Source of the DNA: the human T2T-CHM13v2.0 reference genome, Homo sapiens
Direction: 5' to 3' (one strand)
Assembly (NCBI RefSeq): GCF_009914755.1
Contig: NC_060927.1
Length of the DNA stretch: 64,000 bases
The notes beneath the pieces were generated by a model, which saw only the letters and a list, made by a program, of their open reading frames with translations, was not told the DNA's origin and searched no databases. Shown here one piece after another: positions 45,001-59,500 of this stretch (position 1 is its first letter; each line of letters opens with the position of its first letter). The translations under genes were made by a program, and so were the position numbers.

Positions 45001-47267
45001 TGACAGCTCTGTCAGGGCTGAACCAAGAAAACTGGTAAAGAGGTAGACTGGCAAAAAAAGAGGAAGGAGACAGCTGATGTCTGAATGTAAGTGGGAAAAG
45101 TATACACAAAGAAAGAGCAGTTAGGCGGGAAGCTGAGAAGTCTCCCAGTAGACACTAGGCTATGAGGGGACTGGGCTGCGTAAAGGACAGGTTCAGGTTG
45201 GAAAACAGCGGGAACAATGAAGCGGACACAGAGTATGAAGAATCAACATGTCCAGGCCATGTATTACCAACAGCCATGGTAGCTTCCCCCGTGAAAAAAG
45301 CAAGATTAGAGAGGCTTCACTGCAAATGAACTAGAGCAGCAGGTACTAGGGCAAAGCAAAAACTCAGGTGTGCAAGCAATTGGGAGTTTATTTCTGTACA
45401 ACTGAACTTAATCTCTGTTTTAAAACTCCTATGCTGCTGAATGGTGAAAATTAAATTTCAGTCAAGTCAGGGTAATCTCAATTTCTGGTTTCCCCTTCCT
45501 CATGGGCGCATCTAAATTCCAAAGGATTATAAAATGCTAGATTTGTGTGGTAGAGGAACGGAAGGATGGGTGGAGGTCATCAGCATTTATCCACAAACAT
45601 CTGTAGCTCTCCTACAGGCAGGTCTACCCAGATCCTTAGCTCCTTCCCTCATCCTCCTCATCTCTGCCACAAGCCTTCTGTCAAGTCTGGCTTTCTGTTG
45701 GCTACATCCATGTCCCTCTGCGCATACAGGTATCTCCTCATCACCCCCTAAGTTATCCTTGCCATGGGAAATTTGCAAAGTTGCCACAGGTCCCTCTAAC
45801 TAGACAGCCATCTCTACTATTCTCCAGCCACACTGGGCACAGGGGATCTGCATGCCACCACCCCAGCTCTACTTTTCTGAGGACAGAAATAACTGATTCT
45901 AATTCTTCCAGAACAGCTCCCTTCATGCCTAGAATTTGACATAAAATTCAAAAGTCAAGAATTCAACTCTTCTGCAGTAAGAGATATGCTACGTTTGTCT
46001 TTTCCTGAAAAAAATAATTCCTATTTCCAAACAAAAGGGAAGGTATAATAGGAAATAATAATAGGGAGAGACACTGATTAAAACTCCAATTGTTACCACA
46101 TAAAAATAAACCAGACATAAAGAGGACCTGAACTAGGGGATCTTTGGAAATGAAATAAATATGTATATTTAGAGGTGCTAAATGGAAAAACTGGCATGAA
46201 TGTTCAATGGGAGTGAAGGATACTACATAAGCAAGAAAATAAAATAAATTCATGGTTTCCTGCCTTTAAGATTATCAGAATCCTGGCATTATCAAAACAG
46301 AAGCCAGTTTGAAGTGGAAAGGTTTTGAATTTGGTTTTGAATTATATTCACATACTTTTGTCATTTAAGGTGATGATTTAAAATAGCAGCAAAAAGGATA
46401 TATTCTAGGAGTTGGTACTATTGTATTCTCAGTAATACACTCATTACTGTGGTTTTCAAATACTACTAGCTTTCAAACAGCTACACAGTTTTACAAAAAA
46501 AAAAAAAAAAACCACAACTAATTTTAAAAGTTTTTAAAATCTTAAAGCATTAAAATCTGCTTTTCCATTCCCACTTCTCTATTAAATAGTCTTTTCATTT
46601 GTAGAAATAGGTACTTAAGTTAATTATTTGAAAAAAAAAATGTTTAGCTAAAAAGACCAAAAATAGTGTGTGGTGTCACAGCAGCATTGGCAGCTGATGC
46701 AGAACAGGCAACAATAAAGCTGGCAATAATGAGGTGCCAGCCCCAGCTTGACATGCCCTGCCAAAGCCCAGGGGTGAATCCTGCTGAGCTCTGGAGCTCA
46801 CAGATGTGCCTTATGCTCCCTCATGAACTAACACTCTGCCCAGATGATAACCTGAAGAAATATAAGAGGCAATTATACTATTAAAGAACAAAAAGTACTA
46901 GAATGACTGAAGCATACAACGGGCATTTATGGCACGCTGTATTTACAGGAGCAGAAAGCAGAGAGACATTTTTACATACTACATTATTAGGTCAGCTTCT
47001 GTCAGATTAGCAAACTTCAGAGAGTGACAATCTAGTAACAGAAAATAAATACCAAAGGGGAAAACATTTTAGGTTTATGTGTAAACATGAAAAACAGAAC
47101 ACCAAAATTCAGGATTATGCCAAAATAAGAAAACATACCTTAAAATTAAAATCAATGTGGTTTGATTTTAATTTTAAGGTATGTTTCCTTATTTCAATAA
47201 CATTAATTATCCTGAAAAGAAGTGACTGGAAGGAAAAGGGAAAATAAACGATATGAAAGTATAGTTG

Positions 47268-47563
47268 GGCCGGGCGCAGTGGCTCACACCTGTAATCCCA
47301 GAACTTCGGGAGGCCGAGGTGGGTGCATCACGAGGTCAGGGGTTCAAGACCAGCCTGACCAAGATGGTGAAACCCCGTCTCTACTAAAAATACAAAAAAT
47401 TAGCCAGGCGTGGTGGCAGGCACCTGTAATCCCTGCTACTCAGGAGGCTGAGGCAGAGAATTGCTTGACCCTGGGAGGCAGAGGTTGAAGTGAGCTGAGA
47501 TCACGCCACTGCACTCCAGCCTGGAAGACAGAGGGAGACTCCGTCTCAAAAAAAAAAAAAAAA
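47268..47563 (+). mobile_element. AluS (Sg-like)
   Basis: Full Alu with TCACGAGGTCAGG..TTCAAGACC. Degenerate TSD GAAAGTATAGTTG / GAAACTACAGTTG. Confidence 0.93.
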
Positions 47564-49596
47564 AGAAGAAACTACAGTTGCTGGATAGAAGAAACTTCTG
47601 CTCCAGTGCCTTCTCAAATGTTGACTGATACCTGAAAATTTTAGTTTATAATTAAGAATAAAGAATGGCATGTTTAAGATAACATATTCCCAACATCATA
47701 TTTAAATCTATTAAATACAAAGATATTCAACCAAACCACCTAAAATTCAAATTATTATTGCTTTACATTGAAGACAAATATTAGAACAAAATGCATTTCT
47801 ATCTTTAAGGAGAAATTCCCAAGTTCCTAAGAACAGAAAGGAAGAACTCAAGTGTATCCTTTCTTTAGGGGGTTGCTCTCACTACATCTTGACCTGAACT
47901 TGAGATTTGGGGGTTTATTCCTGTCCTTCTCTCCAATTCCCAAATGGCGAGAACTAAATGGCTAATTATTCCTGTAGGATCCAGACAGATACAAGGATTT
48001 GAATGCCTGTTTCCTTTAAGTACTGTAACCTAAAAAGCAAATGGAAAATACTAACCTATAATTAATCTCATATAATTATGTATTTTCAACTCATGCTCTT
48101 ACCACTTTTTCTATTTTGCAATGTACTTATGACTTCCTAACACACTTACTAGGAGCATTATACTTATTATGCTTCATGTCTATTGTCTTCTCTCCTGGCT
48201 AAACTGCAGGTTCCGTAGGGGCAAAGATCTCCTATTTTTTCAGTATATCAGAGAATACTGCTCAATAGTTGCTGAATGGATGATTTTGCATAGTCTATGC
48301 AAATTCTGACATCCTATTAATTTGCCATTTAGAAACAATAAAATCCATGTGCCTGACACACAACACATGGGTACAGGGCTGGACAGATAGATCCTCGTTA
48401 TTCGGGGCAGACACCATTACTAAATTTGTAGAAGCTATAGCTTAAAGCTTGGGAGGTATAATTCAAGGATAAGTGAAACATTTTCAGATATGTAGCCCAG
48501 GGTTTCACTTGCATAAACAAAAAGCAATTAAAGAGTTAAGTAGCCCCTGAAGAACTAAAATATAGACATTTTCAATAAAGAATTAACATCTCCCAGTAAC
48601 ACTGGGATAAAGCATAGGCCACACCATAAATGAATAGAGTTGGAGTCAGTGACCTTCAGGTAATGCCAGAACCTGGGTAAATTCTAGACAAAGATGCATG
48701 TACTGTGAAGGACATCAAAACCCTGCTCTACGTGGCTGTTTCCACCGGCAACATGGATATCAATTTCCTCTATTATTAATATCTCCTTTTATGTCTGTTC
48801 TAACTGCTTACTCGCAGTCTCTCATTCCCACTGTTTTGTTCTCTCTGCTGCTCTCTCACCCAGGATCTCTCATCCAGGGATATGCCCCGCCCAGCAGGGA
48901 GCAGAGCTTGTCATATGTATACAGAAGCCAGGCCTCTCTTGCCCATTAGCACATGCCAAGCTCAGCAGTGGCTTGGCACACATAAATGAGTCCTGATCAG
49001 AACAGAATGGAGCATGGACATCCCCTAGAATTAACTGTTCTATGTATAAGGCACTGGGCATGCACCCAGAAGCTGAATCCATTCAATGCATCTAGGATAA
49101 GTCCCCTCAAAACTAGGGAAAATCATTTTTTCTGTCAAGTGCCTAGGCTGCGTAGAATTTGGTGACACCAGGGCTTTGAAAGGAAATTAAACAAAGGAGT
49201 GAAATAAAAACCCAACTCATTTCTCTAACCTGACTTGTCTGAGTTCCCAAAGGCCTGGTGCCACAGCAACTTGAAATACAAAGTGGGGTAAGCCATCCTG
49301 ATCTCTCCTAAAGGCCTATGCTTCAAGCACTAGCATCAACTTCTCAGCATTGCTACACTATAAAAAACTATGCTAAGTAATGTAAGATCTCTTAAATAAA
49401 AATATAACAGAAAATAAGTGGTAGAACACAATTAAGATGGTGAGGTACTGAATTGGACCTTAAAGGATTTAAGACTTAGAGAACCAAGGAGGTTTCCAAA
49501 CAAGAGCAATCATATGTGCAAAGAAGCAATGGCAGAGATGAACACGACACATTTTAAAGACAGGCAGGACACAGGCTAGTTGAAAATAGGGCTCAT

Positions 49597-49879
49597 CAGA
49601 AAACCAAACACCGCGTGTTCTCACTTATAAGTGGGAGCTGAACAATGAGAACACACGCACACAGGGAGGGGAACAACACACACTGGGGCTTGTCAGAGGG
49701 GCCGGGGGAAGGAGAGCGTCAGGATAAATAGCTATTGCACGTGGGGCTTAATGCCTAGGTGATGGGTTGATAGGTGCAGCAAACCACCATGGCATACGTT
49801 TACCTATGTAACAAACCTGCACATCCTGCACGTGTATCCCAGAACTTTAAATTAAATTTAATTAAAAAAAAAAAGAAAA
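49597..49879 (+). mobile_element. 5'-truncated L1PA (PA8-PA13 range) 3'UTR
   Basis: TGTTCTCACTTATAAGTGGGAGCTGAAC...GTAACAAACCTGCAC plus A tail. TSD GAAAATAGGG(C/T)TCAT at 49582-49596 and 49880-49894. Confidence 0.9.
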
Positions 49880-51299
49880 GAAAATAGGGTTCATACAGAA
49901 GAGCTACAGGAGATAAAGTGGGTTGGTCTCTCTTCAGGTGACCTTGAACGTCAAGATAGAAGCATGGTATTGTAGGCAATGTGAGCCTTTACTAAAAGTA
50001 TTTGAATAAAAAAGAGACGGGGATAGAGCAGTATTTCATAAAAATGTATTTGGTGGACACAAGTAAGTTGAATTGAAGTAGATAATAATCTTTACCTGAG
50101 AAAGATCCGTTGGAAGAAAAGGCAACGGTTCAGTATTAGCAATGAGAATCATCACTAATGTGTTGGCAATTGCAATTAAGAAAAGGGCACAGAGAGGGTG
50201 ATTAGGAAGAACAGTCAGATGTTACGAGAAGCCTCTTCCAGGATTTGGAATGGCATGCTAATCTTACGTGAGAGTCGAGTGGCACTGCAATCTATCCTAA
50301 GAATCCTACAGTGGTTTAGCACATTTGTGGTTGCAGTACCTAATCTTCTGGCCCTTCTTCAGTACAAACCACATTCCATGACTGGCTTCCCAAAAGACAG
50401 TTTTGTATATCCCTAATTTTGTCTTCTCCTTTAAATTCTCCTTCCTCCTTTTCTCCAAACTTCTTAGCGTTGAAAATCTGGTGTGAGGTTTCCACCATAT
50501 CACTATACCACAGAGCCCATCTTCTTTCATTCTACAATCTTTCTCTTATCATTTTCTTTATCACTATTACTTTCTTCTTTATCATGAGTTAATCTCATTA
50601 AAAATATATTTGTCAAAACACCTAGTTACCATGGTGACAAGAAAGCAACATAACAGATAACAAAAAAAAAAAATTGCCCTTCTCCATTTCCTAGCTTAAA
50701 CATATCTCAGTTTCTATCAATTTACCTAACAGATTAGGCCATTAATCTCCAGTCTCTCAAAACAAGCCTAGAAATAGCTCAACCCTCCTTCCATGACCAA
50801 TATACAGTGCAAGCCTCATCCTAATTGCTCTAATTACATGAAGAACATAATGAGATACAGCAGCAGATGGCTACAGATTATATTCTGGAGAAGAAATTCT
50901 CCTCTATCTCCTCCTATTGAAGAGATTTTGCCTTGAACAAAAAAATTAAAATAAAATCATTTTGTTCACAAAGCCAAATATATGTTTTTTAAAATGTTAT
51001 CCCACCACTTTTCTATTTCCTTCAATAATATCTTTCCTTAAAAAAATTTACTCATTTCATACAGATTTTACCATATGTGACAAATAAATTTGTAGCCCTG
51101 CTGGATTTTAAAAAAAAAAAAAAAGATGTGCTCATAGAAAGTTGTTAGGAGTTTATATATTGAATCATATACTTCCACAAACCTGAACTATAATCTCAAA
51201 GATATGCTCTATCAAATAACGAATTTGTGAGGGGGTCTTTAATTTGAGCCTAAAAGTCTCTATCCAAAACACTGTTAGCCCCAGCTTTTCACAAAAGAT

Positions 51300-51790
51300 G
51301 AAGCATCAACTCTTATGTTCACTGCAGCACTATTCACAATAGCAAAGACATGGAATCAACCTAGGTGGCCATCAACAGTGGACTGGATAAAGAAAATGTG
51401 GTACACATACACCATGGAATACTATGCAGCCACAAAAAAGAATGATATCATGTCCTTTGCAGCAACATGGACGCAGCTGGAGGCCATCATCCTAAGTGAA
51501 TTAATGCAAGAACATAAAACCACATATTGCATGTTCTTATTTATAAGTGGGAGCTAAACATTGGGTACATATGGACAAAAAGATGAGAACAACAGACACT
51601 GGGGACTACTGGGGGGCAGGGGGAGGAAGTCAAGGGCTGAAAAACTACCTATTGAGTACTATGCTCACTACCTGGGTGACAGGATCATTTGTACCCCAAA
51701 CCTCAGTGTCACAGGATATATCCATTTAACAAAGTTGCACAGGTACCCTCTGAATCTAAAAGTTGAAATTAATAAAAATTTTAAAAAAAA
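51300..51790 (+). mobile_element. L1PA15/16-like 3' end
   Basis: ORF2 C-terminus MFTAALFTIAKTWNQPRWPS... and 3'UTR GGGCTGAAAAACTACCTATTG. Confidence 0.85.
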
Positions 51791-53179
51791 CAGAACATGA
51801 AACCGATACATGAAATAGAAGAGACAGCCTTAACTAAATTCAAGTTATGTGTTCCCAGCCCAGCCCTAAAGGCAGTTTAAGCTGTATGCATTTCATGGTT
51901 TGGTTATATGCCCCAGTAAATTCCTCTTTCTAACCTTAAAAAAGAAAAAAAAGATGGTGTGTCAAACTTCCAGCCACCATTTTAATAATCATCACTTCAA
52001 AGTCAATGTCCAAAAATGAAGTCAATGTCTTCTCCTTAAAAATTAGTTTGTTTTCCCAACTTGTTCTTTTTTGGCTAATGGTAACAGGCTCAAACCTTGA
52101 AGCTATCTTTTCTAGTTCTCATGCTATTGTCTGTACTTTCAAATAGCACCTTGTACATAGGAAATCCCGAAGGCATGACCCCAAAACCACCATCATCATT
52201 GAAGTGCCCAAAGCTCTCTTCACCTACTTCCCAGTATCTCAAAGTAGGAATCTACCACTGCTGCCATGATCTGGGGTTCCAAGGAAGTTTCCATGCTGCT
52301 ACAGCGAGTACAGGAAAGGAGAACAAAACTCCTGCTACCAGGGAGACTAGAGATAGAATCAAACTTTTATTCTAGTCTGAAGATAGTGAACATTCTGAAA
52401 ACTGGAAATAGGCAACCCTTCTTCCCCGAAGTTATAAGCCACTTGCTTCATTCCTCATATAATTTCCATGTGGACCATATTAATGTATCAAATGTATCAA
52501 AGTTCCTACTACCATGGCAATCTACAGTGGACCAGGAGAGATATGAAAGATAACAGGAGAGTCCTTCCTTCATTTGCCAACCCCCATAATGTAACATTCT
52601 AACCTCAATATCAGAAATTACTTTTCATAATCATATTTTCAAAAATAGTCATAAATTCTCTAAGAAGTGAACTTCCTGTCACCCACTTCTGTAGGAAAAA
52701 AAGAGATACTGAATTTTACCAGCTGCTCTTAGGGGTCTAAGCCAGGGCATGTTCATTTATTAATGGAAATTGATATGTGAAAAAATATTTGATCCACAGC
52801 ATTAGGACAGTGATCATTTATCCCATATTTCACTTTATATTATCATAATGTCTGCTTTGAGAAAATGGCAGCAAGAAAACACATATTCCCCAGATTTTCT
52901 TTTAATGTTGCCCTGGCTTGGATCTCTAAGTAAGCCACCTAAATACTTGATTTGGACACTCCTGGGAGGGTGAGCTCAGAGGTCCCAGCACCTTGGTTTG
53001 CATAAGTTTATTTTTTGAGGTCTATTTCTGTTGCCCTCAGACAGGCAGCAACAGCTTGCAGGGCCCTTGTGGCTAAGGGGCAGGACCACATTCCTCAGTG
53101 CCCCACACTATATCTGGAACCTCTGAGGCATGTTCTAGTTTGGTCTTGGGTATTAATTCTTTAAAAAGACAATGTCCCA

Positions 53180-56100
53180 GCTTCAAGATGGCTGATTAGA
53201 GGCATCTCCTAATGTCTACTCACCTCCTCCACTAAGAAGAAACAAAATAGTGAGGAGAAAAATCACACTTCAAATAGATCATCCAAGAGAGAACACTGAA
53301 ATTCAGCAAAGTGACAGGAAACATCTAAAGCAAGAAAGTAGAGGGAAATGAGGTAGCCTGCTCAGCAGGGATCATCTTGGAACTCCCCAGTGTGGAGAAC
53401 GGGTGAGAGACCCCAGTGGTCCACATTCCCATCATGGACTACAACAATCCTAGCCAGGGGAGAGCCCTTTGACCCTCAGAGGCCTTGAAAGTAACATAAG
53501 GTGTGCCCTAGAAACCACACGAAGGCACTGTTCCAGACCGGGAGCTCACATCGAGTCCCACAAACCCGAGTCCTAAGCAGCTGCAGCACAGTGCCATTTT
53601 AAGAGCCTAGCCCACAATGGACTACGTCCTGCCCTGCAACCAGGCCCAGGTCAAGAGTCTAGAGCAACAATCCCACCCCCAGCCCAACAGAGGGGCGGCC
53701 ATGCATTCTCATGCATCCTGAGGACAAATTCCACTGCCCACAACCACTGCAGCTACAGACTGCTGTGGGCTGAGGTGCAAGAAAAGCCCACACCCTCCAG
53801 CTGCCTGCCTATGGCTGCCCCCAGGGAAAGCAACCAAGCTTTCTCTGATAGCAGGTCCACAACACAGATGTTGCTGCTTCCACCTGAGCACACCATCCAG
53901 GAGCTTGGAGACTGCCTGATCCAGTCCACTGCCCGTGGCACCTGAGCACTCCTCCCAGTGTCTAGGATCAGGTCCACTCAACCTGCTATTACCACCAGAG
54001 CCGGCACCCACCCCTCACATGCTACCTGCAGGTCTTCAGCCCACCCAACTGGTCACAGCCACTGCCAACACTAGCACAGACCACTTGGGTTTCAGAGGAT
54101 TGTCTCACTGCTGCCACTGCCATTGCTCATGCCACATCCACTGCCAGGGGCTCAAGAACTCTTCCACCCACACAGCCCACCACCGCCATCCATGCCTGGT
54201 ACCTCAACAATCCACCTGGAGGCAAAGAATAAGCCTGCCTGGACCCGCTAACACTGGTACCAATGTATGCCACCTTGGGCCCAAGGGCAGGCACAGTCAG
54301 CTCCCTGCTGCCACCACTGAAGCCTGAAGACTGGCATCCCGGATCTCAGCACAACTTCACCACAGCCTTCTCTGACAACTGTACCCTAAGCCGCCAAGAA
54401 AATCAGACACCACTGATGCTGTTTATAGTCAAAGAAATCATACAGACACTGCACTATTGCATGTACCCAGAATCAAGCCAAAGTGCCCTACCCAACCGAC
54501 ACCATATATTCATCTTCAGGAAAAAGTCCTCCCCTATGAAAGCAAAATCACAAAATTGGAAGAAGCAACTGTTACACCAGATGCACAGATACCAATGTAA
54601 GGACACAGAAAACATAAAAATACAAGGAAATATGAAACCTGCAAGGGAACACGTTATCCAGCAATAAATCCCAATCAAAAAGAAATTCATGAAATCTCAG
54701 AAAAAGAGTTCAAAATGTTGAAAATGTTAAAAAAGAAAACCTCCCTGAGCTATAAGATAACTCTGAAAAACAATACAAAGAAATCAGAAAAATAATTCAG
54801 ATGTGACTGGGAAATTAACCAAAGAGATAGATATAATAAAAAAGATATAAATAGAAACTCTCAAGAATTCATGGAATGAAATACAAAATACATTCAAAGT
54901 TTTAATGATAGACTAAACAAAAGAAAGAATATTAGAACGTGAAGACAGGTCTTTTAAAATAACACAATATAAATCAATAAACAAATAAGAGCAAAGCCCT
55001 CATGACATATGGGGACACAATAAGGCAACCAAATATTCAAATTATTGGTGACCTAAAAGAGAATGAGTTAGAAAAACTATTTAATAAAATAACAGATGAA
55101 AACTTGCCAAGTCTAGAAAGAGATTAAGACATCCAGATACAGAAGTTCAGAGATCTCCAAATAGGTACAATGTAAAAACAATATACCTCGTTAATACATG
55201 GTGCTGGAAAACTAGATAATCATGCAAAAGAATGAAACTAGAACACTATCTCTCACCATATACAAAAATCAACTCAAGATGGATTAAAGATTTAAAAGTA
55301 AAACCCAAAACTGTAAAACTACAAGAAGAAAATTTACGGAAAACTCTTCAGGACATTGGTGTAGGCAAAGATTTTATGGCTGAGACCTAAAAAGCACAGG
55401 CAACAAAAACAAAAATAGACAAATGGGACTATATTAAATTTAACAGTTTCTGCATAACAAAAGAAACAATCAAAGGAGTGAAGAGGCAATTTCTTGATTG
55501 GAATAAAATATTTACAAACTATTCATCCAACAAGGGACTAATATCCAGAATATGCAATCAACAGTAAAATATTAATAGCATGTAAAAAGAGTCAAAAGAC
55601 GTACATAGAAATTTTCAAAAGACGACATACAAATGGCCAACAGGTATACAGAAGAAAATGCTCATAACTAATCATCAGGGAAATACAAATCAAAACCACA
55701 ATGAAGTATCATCTTACTCCAGTTGGAATGTCTATTAATTAAAAAAAGCAAGAAATAGCAGATGTTAGTGAGGATGTGGAGAAAAGGGAACTCTCACACT
55801 GTTGGTTGTAATGTAAATTAGTACAGCCACTATGGAAAACAATATGGACATTCAAAAAACAACAACAACAACAACCACAAACAGAACTACCATACAATCC
55901 AGCAATCCCACTACCAGGTATTTATCCAAAGGAAAAGAAATCAGTCTTTCAAAGGGTCACCTGTACCCTCACATTCACTGCAGCACTATTCATAGTAGCA
56001 AAGATATGGAATCAACCTAAGCGTACATCAACAGATGATGAATAAAGGAAATATTTTATATTTATACAATGGAAATCTATTGACCATAAAAACAAAGGAA

Positions 56101-56570
56101 ATCATGTCATTTGTCACAACACAGATGGAACTGTAAGTCATTATGTTAAGGGAAATAAGCCAGGCACAAAAAGTATTATGTGTTCTCACTCATACATGGG
56201 AGCTAATAAAGTTGATCATATGGAGGTAAAGAGTGGAACAATAGATACCAGAGACTGGGACGGATGTAAGGGTAGAGGGTGGAAGTGAGATAAAGAGAGG
56301 TTTGTTACAGGGTACAAACATACCATTAGATACAAGGAATATGTTCGAATGTTTGATAGCAGAGTAGTGTGACTGCAATTAACAACAATGGTTGTATTTT
56401 TCAACACAAATAGTAGAGAGGAAATGAAACGTGCCCAACACACAGAAATGATAAATACTTGGATGACGGATACCCTAAATATCCTGACTTAATCATTACA
56501 CATCTATGCATGTAACCGAATTTCATGTATGCTCCATTAATATGTACAAATATAATGTACCCAAAAAATT
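53180..56570 (+). mobile_element. L1MA-type element with 5'UTR, ORF1 remnant, large internal deletion, ORF2 end and 3'UTR
   Basis: Starts TTCAAGATGGCTGA. C-rich 5'UTR to ~54500, ORF1-like text to ~55170, then jumps to ORF2 3' (ATGGTGCTGGAAAACT) and an L1MA2/3-like 3'UTR. Confidence 0.8.
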
Positions 56571-56865
56571 TTTAAATATTTGATTTGTATTTTTTCTCAC
56601 ACTTTATTCTGGTATTTCTTTTTTATCTTCACAATGAGTCAACCTAAGAAGTACATTTTAAGAAGTCACATTTTCTTGTTAAGTGGTTAAAGATACTTGA
56701 AAACTCATTTCCCAGGAATCAAACCCATTTACCACTTTATGTGGTATGTGAGGGAAGCAGAGTAACATCTGGGACAGTGGTTTACAACACTTTGCCACTC
56801 ACCAAGTTTCACCTCAAGGATCACTTGTGTTTATGAGTGAGCTGAGTTCTAACTACATCTTCCAC

Positions 56866-58050
<1,185 letters not shown>

Positions 58051-58519
58051 TCCACTGTGCTTCATTCTTAGCCTGCATTTAAAGCCCCCTCCTTTCCTCA
58101 AAAACTTAATTGGAACTCTTACGTTTTCTCCTCCATACCCTTTGATAAAATCTTCTCCCAAAAAAAGGAGCTGATAAACTCATTCACTAATAAAATTATT
58201 AATGACCACTCCAGAATATAACTGTTTCCCATTTAGAAAGATGTTAAGAAGCTTTAAAGAAAGAAAATTCTATTATAGGATATGGGACAATAAAAAGAAG
58301 GACAAAGGGTTTTATCACCAAAACATGCATTTACATAAAACCCATTTCAAATAGAAAAATTAATGTTCCTTTTTTAACCTTGTTTCTGTTTCTTCAATAA
58401 AATCCTCCCTCCTCCTTAATATCATTAAGGAGGATATCTTAATGAATACCTTAATTCACTGAAAAGGCCTTCTCCTAAAAATGACCCCTCGACAGTTTGT
58501 TTCATTTAGTATTCATCTA

Positions 58520-58905
58520 CCAATATTAGTCATATTAATCTACATAGGCTAGATTATGCCTTGACAGCACAATGACAAACTCGCAGCAGTTTTACACAAA
58601 GTTTATTTCTTGCCCATACAATGTCCTATATGCATTCAGAAGCTAATTCCAAATGGTGATTTAGAAATTCAGTCTAGTATCACCTTGTGAATCCATCATC
58701 TCAACATGCAGCCTCCACAATCCACATGGCAAAGGGCTTTGAGTCATAAATGACACATATCACCTCTACTTTTAGTCTACCAGTTAGAATAAGCACATAG
58801 CCCCAACATAATTGCAAGGAAGGCAGAAAAAAACAGCTTAAGTCTGGCTCTAAAGATGAAAACAAAACAGGACTAGGTGAACATGTAAGCACTGCCTCTG
58901 TCACA
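58520..58905. mobile_element. MLT1-type (MaLR) LTR remnant
   Basis: ATAGGCTAGATTATGC...AAAGTTTATTTCTTGC... degenerate MaLR motifs. Confidence 0.5.
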
Positions 58906-58939
58906 ATAAGATATTAACTGTATGTATAATTAACTAACA

Positions 58940-59500
58940 TGTGCCTGTAGGTCTTTATCTGTATTAACATCTTTGATATTCACAACTAACCCAAGAGATA
59001 GGTATTATTAATATCATCTCCAGTTTACAAATAAGGAAACTGAGGTTCAAATAAGTTAAGTAACTTACCTAAGTGTGTAAGTGGGCTAGCTGAGATTCAA
59101 ATCTAAGAAGTGTGCTCCAGAATACATTATGGCATACGGCTTCTCAAATATACAAGACACAGTTAAGGACACTGGCCCTCAAATATGTGTAGAGCTGTCA
59201 TATGAAAGAAGGGTTTAGATGTAGTCTATAAGTCTTAAGAACACAAAATAAAGACGTAATACTGAGATTAAAATGTAAGCAGAGTATTTCTGAGTACCTC
59301 CTATCACCCAGGCACCATTCTAGATATTGTACATATATCCTATCCATGCATCAAAACACTTCAAATGAGGTGGGTATTATTATTCCAGTTACACAAATGA
59401 GAAAACAGACTCAGAGAGACTAAGTAACTAGCCTAGGGTATTACACAGAGCCAGTATTTAATCCCAAATCAATCTGGCTTCAGAGCCTAAGCAATTTTCC
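58940..59500. mobile_element. Two MIR remnants (~58940-59120 and ~59290-59500)
   Basis: TTTACAAATAAGGAAACTGAGGTTCA...AAGTAACTT; ATGAGAAAACAGACTCAGAGAG..AAGTAACT. Confidence 0.7.

Noticed and set aside
53709-54690. Cluster of ORFs up to 134 aa
   Set aside because: Lie in or just after the GC-rich 5'UTR of an old L1. No recognisable protein.
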